A stretch of 64,000 bases of DNA, from contig NC_068981.1 of the NCBI RefSeq assembly GCF_001194135.2, positions 43,194,982-43,258,981 of the forward strand, given 5' to 3'. Below, one piece after another: positions 63,385 through 64,000 of the stretch (position 1 is its first letter; each line of letters opens with the position of its first letter). The notes under the pieces are model-generated. The model was not told the DNA's origin and searched no databases. It saw only the letters and a program-made list of their open reading frames with translations. Position numbers and translations under genes: made by a program. The stretch comes from Octopus bimaculoides. Lineage: Eukaryota.

Positions 63385-63649
63385 CATCATCATCATCATC
63401 ATCATCATTTCCATGCTGGTATGGAAATGATGATGATGCTTTCCATGCTAGCATGGGTTGGACGATTTGACTGAGGATTGGTGAACTAGATGGCTGCACC
63501 AGGCTCCAATTTGATCTGGTAGAGTTTCTACAGCTGGATGCCCTTCCTAACACCAACCACTTCGAGAGTGTAGTGGATGCTTTTTCGTGACACCAGCATG
63601 CGAGACAGTCAGTTGGTACTGGCAACGGCCATGCTCAAATGGTGGTTTT

Positions 63650-63650
<1 letters not shown>
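63385..63650 (-). mobile_element. Young RTE tail with a rearranged terminus
   Basis: ctttccatgctagcatgggttggacgatttgactgagg..., preceded by a local fold-back. Confidence 0.85.
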
Positions 63651-63698
<48 letters not shown>

Positions 63699-64000
63699 AA
63701 ATGCGGAGTAGATGGAGCAGGGACAACTGAAGAAGGGTAATATTATTTATGTTGCATGTCTCGTTTCTCTGTTTGTTTTTTTTTGTTGTTCGAAAAAAAG
63801 TTCGTTTTCTGTCTTGATCTTTAAGTTTTCGTTTCTCATTGTGTTTAACGTTATTTGTGATGTCCTGTACCCATATATGCTTGTATGTATACATATAGAT
63901 GTCGGCATGTACATATATGTATGGATATATGCATATAATTATATATTATTTATATTATTATATGATTGAATGCCACGCATTGCCTCCAAGTAAGTTTTAT

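Noticed and set aside
1044-63969. Numerous HTHT, YIYI, CVCV, MYVC, poly-N/I/D and SLSL ORFs in the track
   Set aside because: They are translations of CA, TA, ACAT, AAT and GA microsatellites.

Overview
This is AT-rich eukaryotic genomic DNA from a fragmented short-read assembly, with 12 N-gaps and many collapsed microsatellites. The repeat families (RTE LINE with (GAT)n tail, CORE- and Meta-type tRNA SINEs, maT/mariner derivatives, dense CA/TA/ACAT microsatellites) point to an octopus genome; that is inference from recalled repeat sequences, not a search. The window is almost entirely intronic or intergenic and is dominated by mobile-element relics: many RTE LINE fragments (several young, about 95% identical at the 3' end, with a PHD finger inside the RT), two Penelope-like pieces, six Tc1/mariner/pogo relics, a piggyBac-type MITE, a Helitron-like element and many SINEs. 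There is no intact long ORF, rRNA, genuine tRNA or CRISPR array. Most ORFs in the supplied track are microsatellite or N-gap artefacts. Two phase-compatible minus-strand exon candidates (51462-51554, 50764-50863) may belong to a long-intron host gene that I could not identify. The most interesting observations are a Penelope terminal repeat that couples a tRNA-like Pol III cassette to a minimal hammerhead ribozyme core, several fold-back (dsRNA-forming) structures and three isolated pre-miRNA-like hairpins. Boundaries of degenerate repeats are approximate.
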